Positions 20,115 to 29,697 of a stretch of 64,000 nucleotides of DNA are shown here, one piece after another; within the stretch, counting starts at the first letter, position 1, and the number at the start of each line of letters is the position of its first letter. Source of the stretch: an uncultured Pelagibacteraceae bacterium. GTDB taxonomy: Bacteria; Pseudomonadota; Alphaproteobacteria; Pelagibacterales; Pelagibacteraceae. The position numbers were made by a program, and so were the translations under genes. The notes beneath the pieces were generated by a model, which saw nothing but the letters and a program-made list of their open reading frames with translations, was not told the DNA's origin and searched no databases. The stretch is taken from positions 1,742-65,741 of the forward strand of contig CACJKF010000002.1 in assembly GCA_902593905.1 (NCBI GenBank), given 5' to 3'.

Positions 20115-21116
20115 ATGTCTCAAAAATTTAAAGCTGTAGTAATAGATAATCAAAACGAAAAATTTACAAGAGAAATTAAAGAAATCGATACAAGCAATCT
20201 TAAAGATGGAAACGTCTTGGTCAAAATAGACTATTCAAGTCTAAATTATAAAGATGCACTAATTTTAAACAACGGAGGAAAAATTGTAAGGAAATTTCCA
20301 TTCGTTCCTGGAATAGATTTTTCAGGAACTGTTATTGAAAGTGAAGATAGTAAATTTAAAAAAGATGATAAAGTAATTTTAACTGGATTTAGAGTTGGGG
20401 AAGCTTTCTTTGGGGGGTTCGCTCAATTCGCAAAAGTTGATGCCAATTTTTTAATTAAAATTCCAAAAGATTTAGATACACATAAGTCCATGATGCTTGG
20501 CACAGCAGGATTCACGGCCCTTCTGTGCTCATTTGCAGTTAAAGCTAAAGAAGAATTGTTGTTAGGTGAAAAAGTAAAAGATGTTTTGGTAACCGGTGCT
20601 ACAGGGGGTGTTGGAAGTATCGCTGTGATGATCTTATCGAAAATGGGTTATGATGTTCACGCTGTAACAGGAAAAAAAGATAAAAATGATTATCTAAAAG
20701 GCTTAGGTGCAAAAAACATTTTAGACAGAAAAGAATTCGAAGGAGAGAGTAAACTTCTTGAAAAAGGATTATGGGACGGGGTTGTTGACACTGTAGGCGG
20801 TGCCGCTTTAACTAAAATATTTGCACAAACAAAACCTGGCGGTATTGTTGCTGCCTGTGGAAATGCAGGCGGAATTAAAATCAACACAAATGTAATGCCT
20901 TTTATAATAAGAGGCGTAAAATTATGGGGTATCGATTCGTCTGGTTCCTCAATAAAAAGAAGAGAATTTGTCTGGGGTGAAGCAGCAAAATTAATTGATT
21001 TTTCTAAAGTTCAATCTTTTACTAAAGAGCTATCATTTACCGAACTTTTAGAAACATATCCTAAACTTTTAAAAGGAGAGTTTTCTGGAAGAGCTATAGT
21101 AAATCCAAATAAATAA
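20115..21116 (+). CDS. acuI: Acrylyl-CoA reductase AcuI/YhdH (MDR family)
   Basis: YSSLNYKDAL, PGIDFSG, GTAGFTA, GATGGVGS, MPFIIRGV. Confidence 0.85.
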   Translation: MSQKFKAVVIDNQNEKFTREIKEIDTSNLKDGNVLVKIDYSSLNYKDALILNNGGKIVRKFPFVPGIDFSGTVIESEDSKFKKDDKVILTGFRVGEAFFGGFAQFAKVDANFLIKIPKDLDTHKSMMLGTAGFTALLCSFAVKAKEELLLGEKVKDVLVTGATGGVGSIAVMILSKMGYDVHAVTGKKDKNDYLKGLGAKNILDRKEFEGESKLLEKGLWDGVVDTVGGAALTKIFAQTKPGGIVAACGNAGGIKINTNVMPFIIRGVKLWGIDSSGSSIKRREFVWGEAAKLIDFSKVQSFTKELSFTELLETYPKLLKGEFSGRAIVNPNK

Positions 21117-21134
21117 ACTATAATCATTTCAATA

Positions 21135-22025
21135 ATGGATTGGGATAAATTAAAGATTTTTCATACTGTTGCAGAAGCTTCAAGTTTTACAAAAGCTTCT
21201 ACAATTCTAAACTTGAGCCAATCAGCAATTAGTCGCCAAATACAAGGCTTAGAGTCCGATTTAAAGGTTCAATTATTCGAACGTCATGCCAGAGGTCTAG
21301 TTCTTACTGAAAACGGTGAGTATCTTTTTAAATCCGCTCATGAAATTATTTCAAAATTGAAGGATGTTGAGTCTAACCTTAGTGGCCAAAAAGATAAACT
21401 TAATGGAAAACTAGTTGTTACCACTGTCGTAAGTTTTGGAACTACATGGTTAACTCCAAGAATAAAAGAATTTATGGATCTTAATCCTGGTGTTGAAGTA
21501 GAGTTGATTTTTGATGATAAAGAACTTGATTTGGCTACTCGTGAAGCCGATGTAGCCATTAGAATGAGAAGACCTAAGCAATTAAATTTAATTCAAAAAA
21601 AATTTGTTGATTTTAATTATCATATCTATGGCTCTAATGAATATTTAGAAAAAAATGGTTATCCAAAAACTCTTAAAGATTTAGATAAGCATAAGTTTAT
21701 CACTTATGGTAAAGGCGCACCGTCACCTGTTTATAATCCCGATTGGGTGTTAAAAGTTGGCGCGAAAGATGGAAAAAAAAGAAAATCTTTAATGAAAGTT
21801 AATAGTGTTTACGGCTTATTACTTGCAGTTCAAAGCGGAGTTGGTTTGGCTGCACTACCAGATTACATCACATACAATATAAATGGCATTACAAAAGTTT
21901 TACCTGACGATCCTGGTAAGCCAACCGAAACTCATTTTGTATATCCAGCATCTTTAAAAAATAATGCTAGGCTTGTAGCTTTTAGAAATTTTTTATTCAG
22001 CAAGGTAAACGAATGGAAATTTTAA
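21135..22025 (+). CDS. LysR-family transcriptional regulator
   Basis: MDWDKLKIF..SFT.A..LNLSQSAISRQI HTH. Confidence 0.93.
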   Translation: MDWDKLKIFHTVAEASSFTKASTILNLSQSAISRQIQGLESDLKVQLFERHARGLVLTENGEYLFKSAHEIISKLKDVESNLSGQKDKLNGKLVVTTVVSFGTTWLTPRIKEFMDLNPGVEVELIFDDKELDLATREADVAIRMRRPKQLNLIQKKFVDFNYHIYGSNEYLEKNGYPKTLKDLDKHKFITYGKGAPSPVYNPDWVLKVGAKDGKKRKSLMKVNSVYGLLLAVQSGVGLAALPDYITYNINGITKVLPDDPGKPTETHFVYPASLKNNARLVAFRNFLFSKVNEWKF

Positions 22026-23131
22026 TATCATTTATAATACCTTTTATAATACTACTTACAGTTGTAGTGTTTATTCATGAATATGGCCATTATTATTATG
22101 CTAAGAAGTATGGAGTAGGTGTCACAGATTTTTCTATAGGATTTGGTAAAGAAATATTTGGTTTTAATGACAAATCTGGAACAAGGTGGAAATTCTGTGT
22201 CATTCCTCTTGGCGGATATGTAAAATTTTTTGGCGATAGAAATGTTTTTAGTCAAGCAGAGCAAGAAGAATTGTTAAAAAAATACAGTAAAGAAGACCAA
22301 GAGAAATTATTTGTAGTCAAACCTTTGTATCAAAGATCAATAATAGTAGCGGCTGGACCTTTTGCAAATTTTTTATTAGCAATATTTATTTTTGCATTCA
22401 TCTATATGTTCGCCGGAAAAGATTTTACTCCTGCTCAAATACAAGAGGTTCAAATAGAAAGTCCTGCTGAAGAGGCAGGCATTAAATCAGGTGATATTAT
22501 TCAATCTATAAATGGCAAAGATGTAAATAGCATTATGGAAGTTTCCGCTTTCATTAATTCCTCTTCATCAGAGATAATTGATATCGGCATATTAAGAAAT
22601 GACAGTGACATTACATTTTCTTTAAAACCTGAGGTAATTAAAGGGGAGGACTCTTTAGGCAATAAAGCAAATAAAAAGATTATTGGTATAAAAATAGCAC
22701 CTTTAAATGATGAGATTAATAGAAAAAGATTAGGCCCAGCTACTGCTTTGTTTTACGCTTTCAAAGAGACTTGGTTTGTAATTGATGCTTCTTGGAATTT
22801 TATTATTTCAATGTTTAAAGGCACTGGGGACACCACTCAACTAGGCGGCCCTATAAAAATAGCTAAAATTACCGGCCAAGTAGCAAAACTGGGCTTTATA
22901 GCTTTTCTAAGCATTATGGCCTACATATCAATCAGCTTAGGCTTTATTAATTTGTTGCCAATTCCAATGTTAGATGGCGGGCATTTAATGTTTTATGCTT
23001 TTGAAAAGGTTTTAGGCAGACCTTTAACTCAAAAGACTCAGGAAGGATTTTTTCGAATCGGTCTTTTTTTACTACTTTCTTTAATGTTCTTCACAACATT
23101 TAATGATTTAAGAGATTTAGGCTTATTTTAA
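22013..23131 (+). CDS. rseP: RIP metalloprotease RseP
   Basis: HEYGH, PLGGYVK, PDZ domain, NLLPIPMLDGGH. Confidence 0.93.
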   Translation: MEILISFIIPFIILLTVVVFIHEYGHYYYAKKYGVGVTDFSIGFGKEIFGFNDKSGTRWKFCVIPLGGYVKFFGDRNVFSQAEQEELLKKYSKEDQEKLFVVKPLYQRSIIVAAGPFANFLLAIFIFAFIYMFAGKDFTPAQIQEVQIESPAEEAGIKSGDIIQSINGKDVNSIMEVSAFINSSSSEIIDIGILRNDSDITFSLKPEVIKGEDSLGNKANKKIIGIKIAPLNDEINRKRLGPATALFYAFKETWFVIDASWNFIISMFKGTGDTTQLGGPIKIAKITGQVAKLGFIAFLSIMAYISISLGFINLLPIPMLDGGHLMFYAFEKVLGRPLTQKTQEGFFRIGLFLLLSLMFFTTFNDLRDLGLF

Positions 23132-23178
23132 GCCATTTTTCTTCTCAAAAAAGTCAATAAAATCAATACTTTTAAGAC

Positions 23179-23194
23179 ATACAATATATTGTGT
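23179..23194. promoter_or_regulatory. Palindromic operator resembling an NrdR box
   Basis: ATACAATATATTGTGT matches acaCwAtATaTwGtg at all but one position; upstream of hup. Confidence 0.45.
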
Positions 23195-23273
23195 TGATAT
23201 TTACGTGAAACACCAAAAAAATGTTGATTTTATTGGATTTTTATAGAGATTAGGAAATAACTAAGGGGCATAA

Positions 23274-23549
23274 ATGAACAAAAAACAATTAGTAGCAAAA
23301 ATATCGTCCACACTGGGTCAAAGCAAGGCTGATGCTGAAAGAACTTTTGACTCAATAACGACAATTATTTTGGATGCGTTAAAGAATGACGATACTGTTA
23401 AAATAGCTGGTTTTGGTACTTACAAAGTAGCAAAAAGAAAAGCTAGGGTAGGAAGAAACCCAAGAACAGGGGAATCTATTCAAATTGCTGCATCTCAGAA
23501 AGTTAAGTTTTTACCTGCTAAAAGCTTAAAAGAAATGTTTAACCGATAA
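23274..23549 (+). CDS. hup: HU DNA-binding protein
   Basis: MNKKQLV; GFGTY; R.GRNPRTGE. Confidence 0.93.
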   Translation: MNKKQLVAKISSTLGQSKADAERTFDSITTIILDALKNDDTVKIAGFGTYKVAKRKARVGRNPRTGESIQIAASQKVKFLPAKSLKEMFNR

Positions 23550-23567
23550 ACGTTTTATTTAGTTATT

Positions 23568-23600
23568 TAGCCCTTATTTGAGATTATCAAATAAGGGCTA
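23568..23600 (+). terminator. Hairpin terminator after hup
   Basis: Perfect 14-bp stem TAGCCCTTATTTGA / TCAAATAAGGGCTA; weak U-tail. Confidence 0.65.
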
Positions 23601-23695
23601 ACTACTTGCAAAAACTGCATAGCTCAAATTAAGACAATTCAATTCTTTTTCAATAGTTAAAACCCTATAACGCACGCTTAACAAGGGAGTTAGTT

Positions 23696-24988
23696 ATGAA
23701 AAAATACTTAGGATACTTTTTAGCAGGTACAGCCATTTATTTTGGCTTTGCAGGTCTTGGATATGCTGAGACTACAGTGTCTGCAGAAGTACAATACATT
23801 TTTAATACCCTATTATTTTTAATGTCAGGTTTCTTGGTCATGTGGATGGCCGCAGGTTTCGCAATGTTAGAGTCAGGATTAGTAACATCAAAATCTGTGT
23901 CAGCAATCTGTGCTAAAAATATAGGTTTATATTCAATCGCCGGAGTAATGTTCTGGTTGGTTGGTTACAATTTAGCTTACGGTATCCCAGAGGGCGGATA
24001 TATTGGTTCATTTACACCATGGAGTGACAATTCATCATTAGAGACAGGATATTCTGATGGTTCTGATTGGTTTTTCCAAATGGTGTTCTGTGCAACTACA
24101 ATGTCAATCGTATCTGGTACATTAGCTGAAAGAATTAAGATCTGGCCATTTTTCTTATTTGCCGCAATTTTAACTGGAATTATCTATCCAATTTCAATGG
24201 GTTGGCAGTGGGGTGGCGGATGGTTATCAGTAGCTGGATTCTCAGACTTTGCTGGTTCAACATTAGTACATGCTGCTGGAGGAGCTGCGGCTCTTGCAGG
24301 TGCAATCGTATTAGGTGCTAGAAGTGGCAGATTCTCTGGAAAAGGTGAGGCTAAACCGATGGCACCATTTGCTGCATCATCAATTCCGTTAGCAACATTA
24401 GGAGTATTTATACTTTGGTTAGGTTGGTTCGGATTTAATGGTGGATCTCAGTTAGCTTCTGGAACGCTAGAAGACGTTTCAGCAGTAGCAACAATTTATA
24501 TCAATACGAACTTAGCTGCAGGTGGTGGTGTATTAGCTGCTGCAACAGTATCAAGAGTTATTGGTGGAAAAACTGACGTTGTAATGATGCTAAACGGCGC
24601 AATTGCTGGATTAGTAGGTATTACCGCAGAACCATTAACACCAAGTCCGCTAGCTGCAATCTTCATTGGAGCAATTGCTGGAGTATTAATGTACTTCTCA
24701 ACAAAACTATTGTTCAAAATGAAAATTGATGACGTAGTTGGAGCCATCCCAGCACACTTAGTAGCTGGAGTATGGGGTACATTAGCAGTGCCATTAACAA
24801 ATGGAGATGTTACTTTCGGAGCACAATTCTTAGGAACTATCTCAGTTGTGGTATTCGTATTCATAGTCTCGTTTATTGTTTTCCAAATTATAAAAAGTAC
24901 AATTGGATTAAGAATAAGCAAGGAAGCTGAAAGATTAGGAACTGACAAAGCAGAAGTTGGTGTAATAGCTTACGGTATAAGAGACTAA
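23696..24988 (+). CDS. amtB: Ammonium transporter (copy 1)
   Basis: DFAGSTLVH, LWLGWFGFNGGS, IDDVVGAIPAH. Confidence 0.95.
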   Translation: MKKYLGYFLAGTAIYFGFAGLGYAETTVSAEVQYIFNTLLFLMSGFLVMWMAAGFAMLESGLVTSKSVSAICAKNIGLYSIAGVMFWLVGYNLAYGIPEGGYIGSFTPWSDNSSLETGYSDGSDWFFQMVFCATTMSIVSGTLAERIKIWPFFLFAAILTGIIYPISMGWQWGGGWLSVAGFSDFAGSTLVHAAGGAAALAGAIVLGARSGRFSGKGEAKPMAPFAASSIPLATLGVFILWLGWFGFNGGSQLASGTLEDVSAVATIYINTNLAAGGGVLAAATVSRVIGGKTDVVMMLNGAIAGLVGITAEPLTPSPLAAIFIGAIAGVLMYFSTKLLFKMKIDDVVGAIPAHLVAGVWGTLAVPLTNGDVTFGAQFLGTISVVVFVFIVSFIVFQIIKSTIGLRISKEAERLGTDKAEVGVIAYGIRD

Positions 24989-25023
24989 TAAAATATTCCC
25001 TCCCTCGTTAGTTGGGAAAAATT

Positions 25024-25066
25024 ATAAGGCCTAGTTCGGATCCCCCGTCTAGGCCTTATTTATTTT
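25024..25066 (+). terminator. Rho-independent terminator after amtB1
   Basis: ATAAGGCCTAG...CTAGGCCTTAT stem followed by a T-rich tail. Confidence 0.75.
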
Positions 25067-25144
25067 ACAAAGCTCGTATGCATTTAATTCATGATTAAAA
25101 CCTTTGAAATTTGATATCAAATCAGCAAAAAAAAAGGGGGAAAC

Positions 25145-26434
25145 ATGAAAAAATTAATTTTCATTTTATTAGGTTGTATTTCTGCTTTACTAATAAGCTC
25201 TCAAAGCTTTGCAGAAACAACAATGTCTGAAGAAGGACAATATATTTTTAACTCATTAGGATTTTACTTAGGCGGGGTACTAGTTGCATTCATGGCAGCA
25301 GGTTTCTGCATGCTTGAAAGTGGATTAGTGACTACAAAAAGTGTATCGACAATTGCCGCTAAAAATATAGGTAAATTCGCTATATGTTCACTAGTATTCT
25401 TCTTAGTAGGTTATAATTTAGCTTATGGCGTGCCTGAGGGAGGCTACATGGGCTCATTTACGATTTGGACAGATTCATCTGACGCTGGAACAGGTTATTC
25501 AGGTTACTCAGACTGGTTCTTTCAAACAATGTTCGTATGCGCGACAGCTTCCATAGTGTCAGGAGCAGTTGCAGAGAGAATTAAGATCTGGCCATTCTTT
25601 ATTTTTGCAGCAATTATGGCAGGGATAATTTATCCAATTTCTATGGGTTGGCAGTGGGGAGGCGGCTGGTTAGCTAGCGGCGGATTCTCTGATTTTGCTG
25701 GTTCAACTTTAGTTCATGGATGCGGGGGCGCTGCAGCATTAGCTGGAGTAATAGTCTTGGGTGCTCGTGAGGGAAGATTTGGAAGAAAAGGTGAAAAGAA
25801 ATCTATGCAGCCTTTTGCAGCTTCAAGTATTCCATTAGTAACACTAGGAACTTTTTTACTTTGGTTTGGCTGGTTTGGATTTAACGGTTTCAGCCAATTA
25901 GCAATGGGAACATTTGACGATGTGAATGCTATTTCTAAAATTGCGGTAAATACACATTTAGCCGGAGCAGCAGGAACATTTACTGGTGCAGCGATTACAA
26001 GATTAATCGGTGGCAAAACTGATATTGTAATGATGCTTAATGGAGCTTTAGCAGGTTTAGTTGCTATAACTGCAGAGCCATTAACTCCTGGACCAATTAC
26101 AGCTATGGTTATCGGATCCATAGGAGCTATCATAATGTACTTTGGTACTAAAATGTTAGAGAGCTATGGTTTAGACGATGTAGTCGGAGCTATTCCAGTG
26201 CATATGTTTGCTGGAATATTTGGAACACTCGTAGTTCCTTTAACTAATCCAGACACATCTTTTGGAACTCAATTCATTGGTACAGCATCTGTATGTTTAT
26301 TTAGTTTCGTATTATCTTGGGCTACTTTTACTGCTCTTAAGTCAACAATTGGGTTAAGAATTAGTAAGGCAGCTGAAAAACTAGGAACTGATAAAGCTGA
26401 AGTTGGAGTAACCGCATACTCAATTAGAGACTAA
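25145..26434 (+). CDS. amtB: Ammonium transporter (copy 2)
   Basis: DFAGSTLVH, LWFGWFGFNG, LDDVVGAIPVH; paralog of the upstream copy. Confidence 0.95.
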   Translation: MKKLIFILLGCISALLISSQSFAETTMSEEGQYIFNSLGFYLGGVLVAFMAAGFCMLESGLVTTKSVSTIAAKNIGKFAICSLVFFLVGYNLAYGVPEGGYMGSFTIWTDSSDAGTGYSGYSDWFFQTMFVCATASIVSGAVAERIKIWPFFIFAAIMAGIIYPISMGWQWGGGWLASGGFSDFAGSTLVHGCGGAAALAGVIVLGAREGRFGRKGEKKSMQPFAASSIPLVTLGTFLLWFGWFGFNGFSQLAMGTFDDVNAISKIAVNTHLAGAAGTFTGAAITRLIGGKTDIVMMLNGALAGLVAITAEPLTPGPITAMVIGSIGAIIMYFGTKMLESYGLDDVVGAIPVHMFAGIFGTLVVPLTNPDTSFGTQFIGTASVCLFSFVLSWATFTALKSTIGLRISKAAEKLGTDKAEVGVTAYSIRD

Positions 26435-26444
26435 AAAAATAAAA

Positions 26445-26471
26445 TAAAAGGCTCGAGAAATCGGGCCTTTT
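26445..26471. terminator. Bidirectional terminator
   Basis: AAAAGGCTCGA GAAA TCGGGCCTTTT between convergent genes. Confidence 0.8.
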
Positions 26472-27495
26472 ACTCTTTATTTTCTTCCCAAATACGTTCC
26501 CAATCAACATTTGGAGATAAACCAAAAATTGAATTTATATTAGTAAAATGAATAGCAAGAGAGGGTATAGGCGATATACACAATTCTTTCATATAAATTT
26601 CATGCAATGGTTTTTCAAAAGGTGCATGCTCTTTCTTACACATGCTTAAGTATTTATCCCAATATTTATCTATAATTTTTTTACTAGTTAAAAAAGTACA
26701 TAAAGTTTCCTCCACCTTTCTCCAATGATAATTATGACCTAAAAAATTCTGAGTTTTATCTGCTTTTGTATATAAATATGGGTAATCGGCTGGACATATA
26801 ATTATTTCATTTTTAATTTGAGAAGCTATTCTTTCATATGTGAAAATCATTTCACTTATCGAGTTATGCTGATGTAAATAGTCATCCTCTACAAAATATA
26901 TTAAATCCTCACATTTTTTTGCTTCTATCAAGGACTGGTTTATATTAGCCATGTTAGAGATTTGATTAGATGAAACTTCCTGGCCTCTTTCATTTATTTT
27001 TTCAATTTCATTTTCATATTTAGAAACATCTAAATTAATTAAATCATAATTTGTTCCAAAATTTTTAAAAATTATGTCTATTTTTTTTAAATTTTCTTGA
27101 GAGGAATTATGATCAATAATTTTAAAACTAATTTTTATTTTTTTAAGTTGAGGGTTTGCCTTTATAGAATTTAATAATGATCTAATAGTCCTTAGAGTGT
27201 ACTCGATTTTTTCTTTTTCAAATAATCTAGATTTATTTTGTGTTAACATATTTACGCTTGCACACGTTCTAATAATTATATCTAATGCCTTAACCGGCCT
27301 GGTGATATTGACTTTTCCTAGGGGGAGGTTAATTGAACTTTTGCCTATTAAGCTTAATTCATCGTTAATTTTCTTATCAACAGTGACCACTTCAAATGTA
27401 TTTTGATCAATTATTTCAAAACCTAATTTCCTGCATAATTTAATAAAGATTTTTTTTAAAAAACCTGAATTATTTGAGCTGCGAATATTTTTCAT
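26470..27495 (-). CDS. Glycosyltransferase family 2-like protein
   Basis: IIDHNSS and DxD-type IYFVEDDYLH motif. Confidence 0.65.
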   Translation of the reverse strand: MKNIRSSNNSGFLKKIFIKLCRKLGFEIIDQNTFEVVTVDKKINDELSLIGKSSINLPLGKVNITRPVKALDIIIRTCASVNMLTQNKSRLFEKEKIEYTLRTIRSLLNSIKANPQLKKIKISFKIIDHNSSQENLKKIDIIFKNFGTNYDLINLDVSKYENEIEKINERGQEVSSNQISNMANINQSLIEAKKCEDLIYFVEDDYLHQHNSISEMIFTYERIASQIKNEIIICPADYPYLYTKADKTQNFLGHNYHWRKVEETLCTFLTSKKIIDKYWDKYLSMCKKEHAPFEKPLHEIYMKELCISPIPSLAIHFTNINSIFGLSPNVDWERIWEENKE

Positions 27496-27533
27496 ACTAG
27501 TAAAATATATATAATAGTTTAATTATTTGATCT

Positions 27534-27932
27534 ATGAGTATTAAATCTTCACAAAAATTAGTTCAGGAAGCTAATGAAAATATTGAAACATTAAGTGCGA
27601 ATGAAGTTAAGAGCTTGGTAGAAAAAGACGAAATTACTCTAATTGACGTAAGAGATATTAGAGAACTATGGAAAGAGGGAACTATAGAGAATTCAAAACA
27701 TATACCTAGGGGGATGCTAGAATTTTGGCTAGACCCAAATAGTTCTTACTATCAAGAGAATAAGATAAAAGATTTAAAAAAGATGGTTTTATTTTGCGCT
27801 TTGGGATTTAGATCTGCTTTAGCTACAAAAGCTTTAGTTGATATGGGTTTTAAGAATGTTGCTAATGCAAGTGGTGGATTTGATGCGTTAAAAAATGCTG
27901 GACTAAAAGTAGTCCAAAAAGAAAAAAAATAA
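27534..27932 (+). CDS. Rhodanese-like domain protein
   Basis: LIDVRD..E..G.I..HIPRGMLEF; catalytic FCALGFRS. Confidence 0.9.
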   Translation: MSIKSSQKLVQEANENIETLSANEVKSLVEKDEITLIDVRDIRELWKEGTIENSKHIPRGMLEFWLDPNSSYYQENKIKDLKKMVLFCALGFRSALATKALVDMGFKNVANASGGFDALKNAGLKVVQKEKK

Positions 27933-27933
27933 T

Positions 27934-28524
27934 TTATTTACTAGCTTCTTTTAAAACAAACTCAATTCGATCTTGACCCCAAAAAATTTTATTATTTGAA
28001 ATAAAAGTTGGTGCCCCAAAAATTCCTTTTTCATAAGCTTCACTAGTTCTTTTTCTTAGAGTGTCTTTTATAGATGAAGATGTAGCTCTTAAAACAAAAG
28101 TCTTAGGATTGACATTTAAGTTTTTAAGTACTTTCTGAATTATATTATCATCATTCATATTTAAACCATCCTGCCAAATTGCGTCAAAAATATTGTCAAT
28201 GTAATAACTTTTAAAATTGTCCTCCTCAGCTACAAAAACACCACGCATTAAATTCAAACTTCTGATTGGAAAATAAGAATTAAACTTAAATTTAACATTA
28301 TTTCTCTCAGCAATTAATTTACAATCTCTAATCATATGTTTTGCTTTAGCAGGTATAAAAGCAGGTGCTTTAATTCCATGTAAATTATGTAAACCTCCTA
28401 ATAGAATGGGCTTATATCTAACTCTAATTGAGGCTTTATTCTCTATTTTTCGTATTTCTTTGTGTGCAAGAAAAGAGTAGGGACTAATAAAGTCAAAATA
28501 GAAATCGAATGGTTTAATCATCAA
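27934..28524 (-). CDS. 2-hydroxychromene-2-carboxylate isomerase / GST-kappa family protein
   Basis: FYFDFISPYS, GIFGAPTF, FWGQDR. Confidence 0.88.
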   Translation of the reverse strand: MMIKPFDFYFDFISPYSFLAHKEIRKIENKASIRVRYKPILLGGLHNLHGIKAPAFIPAKAKHMIRDCKLIAERNNVKFKFNSYFPIRSLNLMRGVFVAEEDNFKSYYIDNIFDAIWQDGLNMNDDNIIQKVLKNLNVNPKTFVLRATSSSIKDTLRKRTSEAYEKGIFGAPTFISNNKIFWGQDRIEFVLKEASK

Positions 28525-28984
28525 AGCTTATTTTTTTAGCAAAGAAAATTCTTATAAACCAGTAAATCACTAATCCAATTGGTCCAGAAAAATATGTTAA
28601 AATAAGAGATGGTATAGTAATTATCTTAGGCATAAAATATTTTCTAGCATCTCTTACTATCCAGGCCCCTGCAAACAAACTTATCGCTAAGAAATGTAAC
28701 CAGAAAATTAGTAATAAAATTTCATTAGAGAACATAGAATATAAACCATCTAATCCACTATATAGTTCAAAACCATCAAAAATACTTTTTTCTAAATAGA
28801 GATTGTAGGAGAGATAAGAATAACCTATTGCTAATAGCAATGGAGCAACAATAGATTGAGTTAAAAAATTAGTAAAACCATGATTGGGAGCTAAAATTAA
28901 TAACAACCAAAATGGCACAACTCCCCAATTAGCAACTAAATAAATATTATCTGGAGTGATGAAAGCTATTAGATCATTTAACAT
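28514..28984 (-). CDS. ABA4-like (DUF4281) membrane protein
   Basis: PFWLLLILAP; WLHFLA..LF.G.WI; GPIGL. Confidence 0.8.
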   Translation of the reverse strand: MLNDLIAFITPDNIYLVANWGVVPFWLLLILAPNHGFTNFLTQSIVAPLLLAIGYSYLSYNLYLEKSIFDGFELYSGLDGLYSMFSNEILLLIFWLHFLAISLFAGAWIVRDARKYFMPKIITIPSLILTYFSGPIGLVIYWFIRIFFAKKISFDD

Positions 28985-29010
28985 AAAAAATAATATAGTA
29001 TATTAAAATA

Positions 29011-29571
29011 ATGAATCCCACATCAAATAAGAGTGATTTTGAAGATCTAACCACGAATTTGAAAGATTTAGCTTATTCTTATCTCGAAAAATATAATCCA
29101 TCTAAACAACAGCTTAAAGTTTATTTACTAAAGAAATATTTATTAAAAATTAAGGGCACTAAATCTAAAAAAGAGGTTACATCAATAATCGATGAAATCA
29201 TTTTGAACTTGGAAAAAAATAAACTTTTGAATGATGAAATGTACTCGGACTCAAAAGCTAGGATGTTTTTGAGGAGGGGTTATTCGTTAAATAAGATAAA
29301 TCAATCGCTTAGAAATAAAGGGATTGATGATAAATATGTAAAACTAAGTATAGAAAAAATAAAAGAAGATCAAATTGAACCTGATTTCGTTTCAGCTTTA
29401 AAACTTTGTAGAAGAAGAAGAATAGGTCCTTTACGACCTGAAAGCAATCGTGAATTGTTCTATAAAAAAGATATGGGTATTTTGGCTAGAGGGGGTTTTA
29501 GTTTTGATTTATCAAAAAGAGTTTTAGATTTAGACTCTAAGGAGTTTAAGAAATTAATTAAAATCATCTGA
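29011..29571 (+). CDS. recX: Regulatory protein RecX
   Basis: AYSYLEKY; LLND..Y; L..KGI; RRRRIGP; LARGGFS. Confidence 0.8.
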   Translation: MNPTSNKSDFEDLTTNLKDLAYSYLEKYNPSKQQLKVYLLKKYLLKIKGTKSKKEVTSIIDEIILNLEKNKLLNDEMYSDSKARMFLRRGYSLNKINQSLRNKGIDDKYVKLSIEKIKEDQIEPDFVSALKLCRRRRIGPLRPESNRELFYKKDMGILARGGFSFDLSKRVLDLDSKEFKKLIKII

Positions 29572-29697
29572 TTTTTTCTTTTTCTCTTCCTCTACTAAAA
29601 TATCAAGTTTTCTTTTTAAAGCATTTCTAACAAGAATAAAAAAAAGAATCCCAAAAAAAGTTACAGACAAAATTATTATTAAAATAGTCTTAAACAT
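29554..29697 (-). CDS. Unannotated 47-aa single-TM protein downstream of cysQ
   Basis: Manual translation MFKTILIIILSVTFFGILFFILVRNALKRKLDILVEEEKKKKSDDFN; ATG overlaps the cysQ end by 8 bp. Confidence 0.6.
   Translation of the reverse strand: MFKTILIIILSVTFFGILFFILVRNALKRKLDILVEEEKKKKSDDFN

Noticed and set aside
23607-23619. NtrC site upstream of amtB1 (TGCA-N5-TGCA)
   Set aside because: Spacing does not fit TGCA-N7-TGCA and no sigma54 -24/-12 motif is evident
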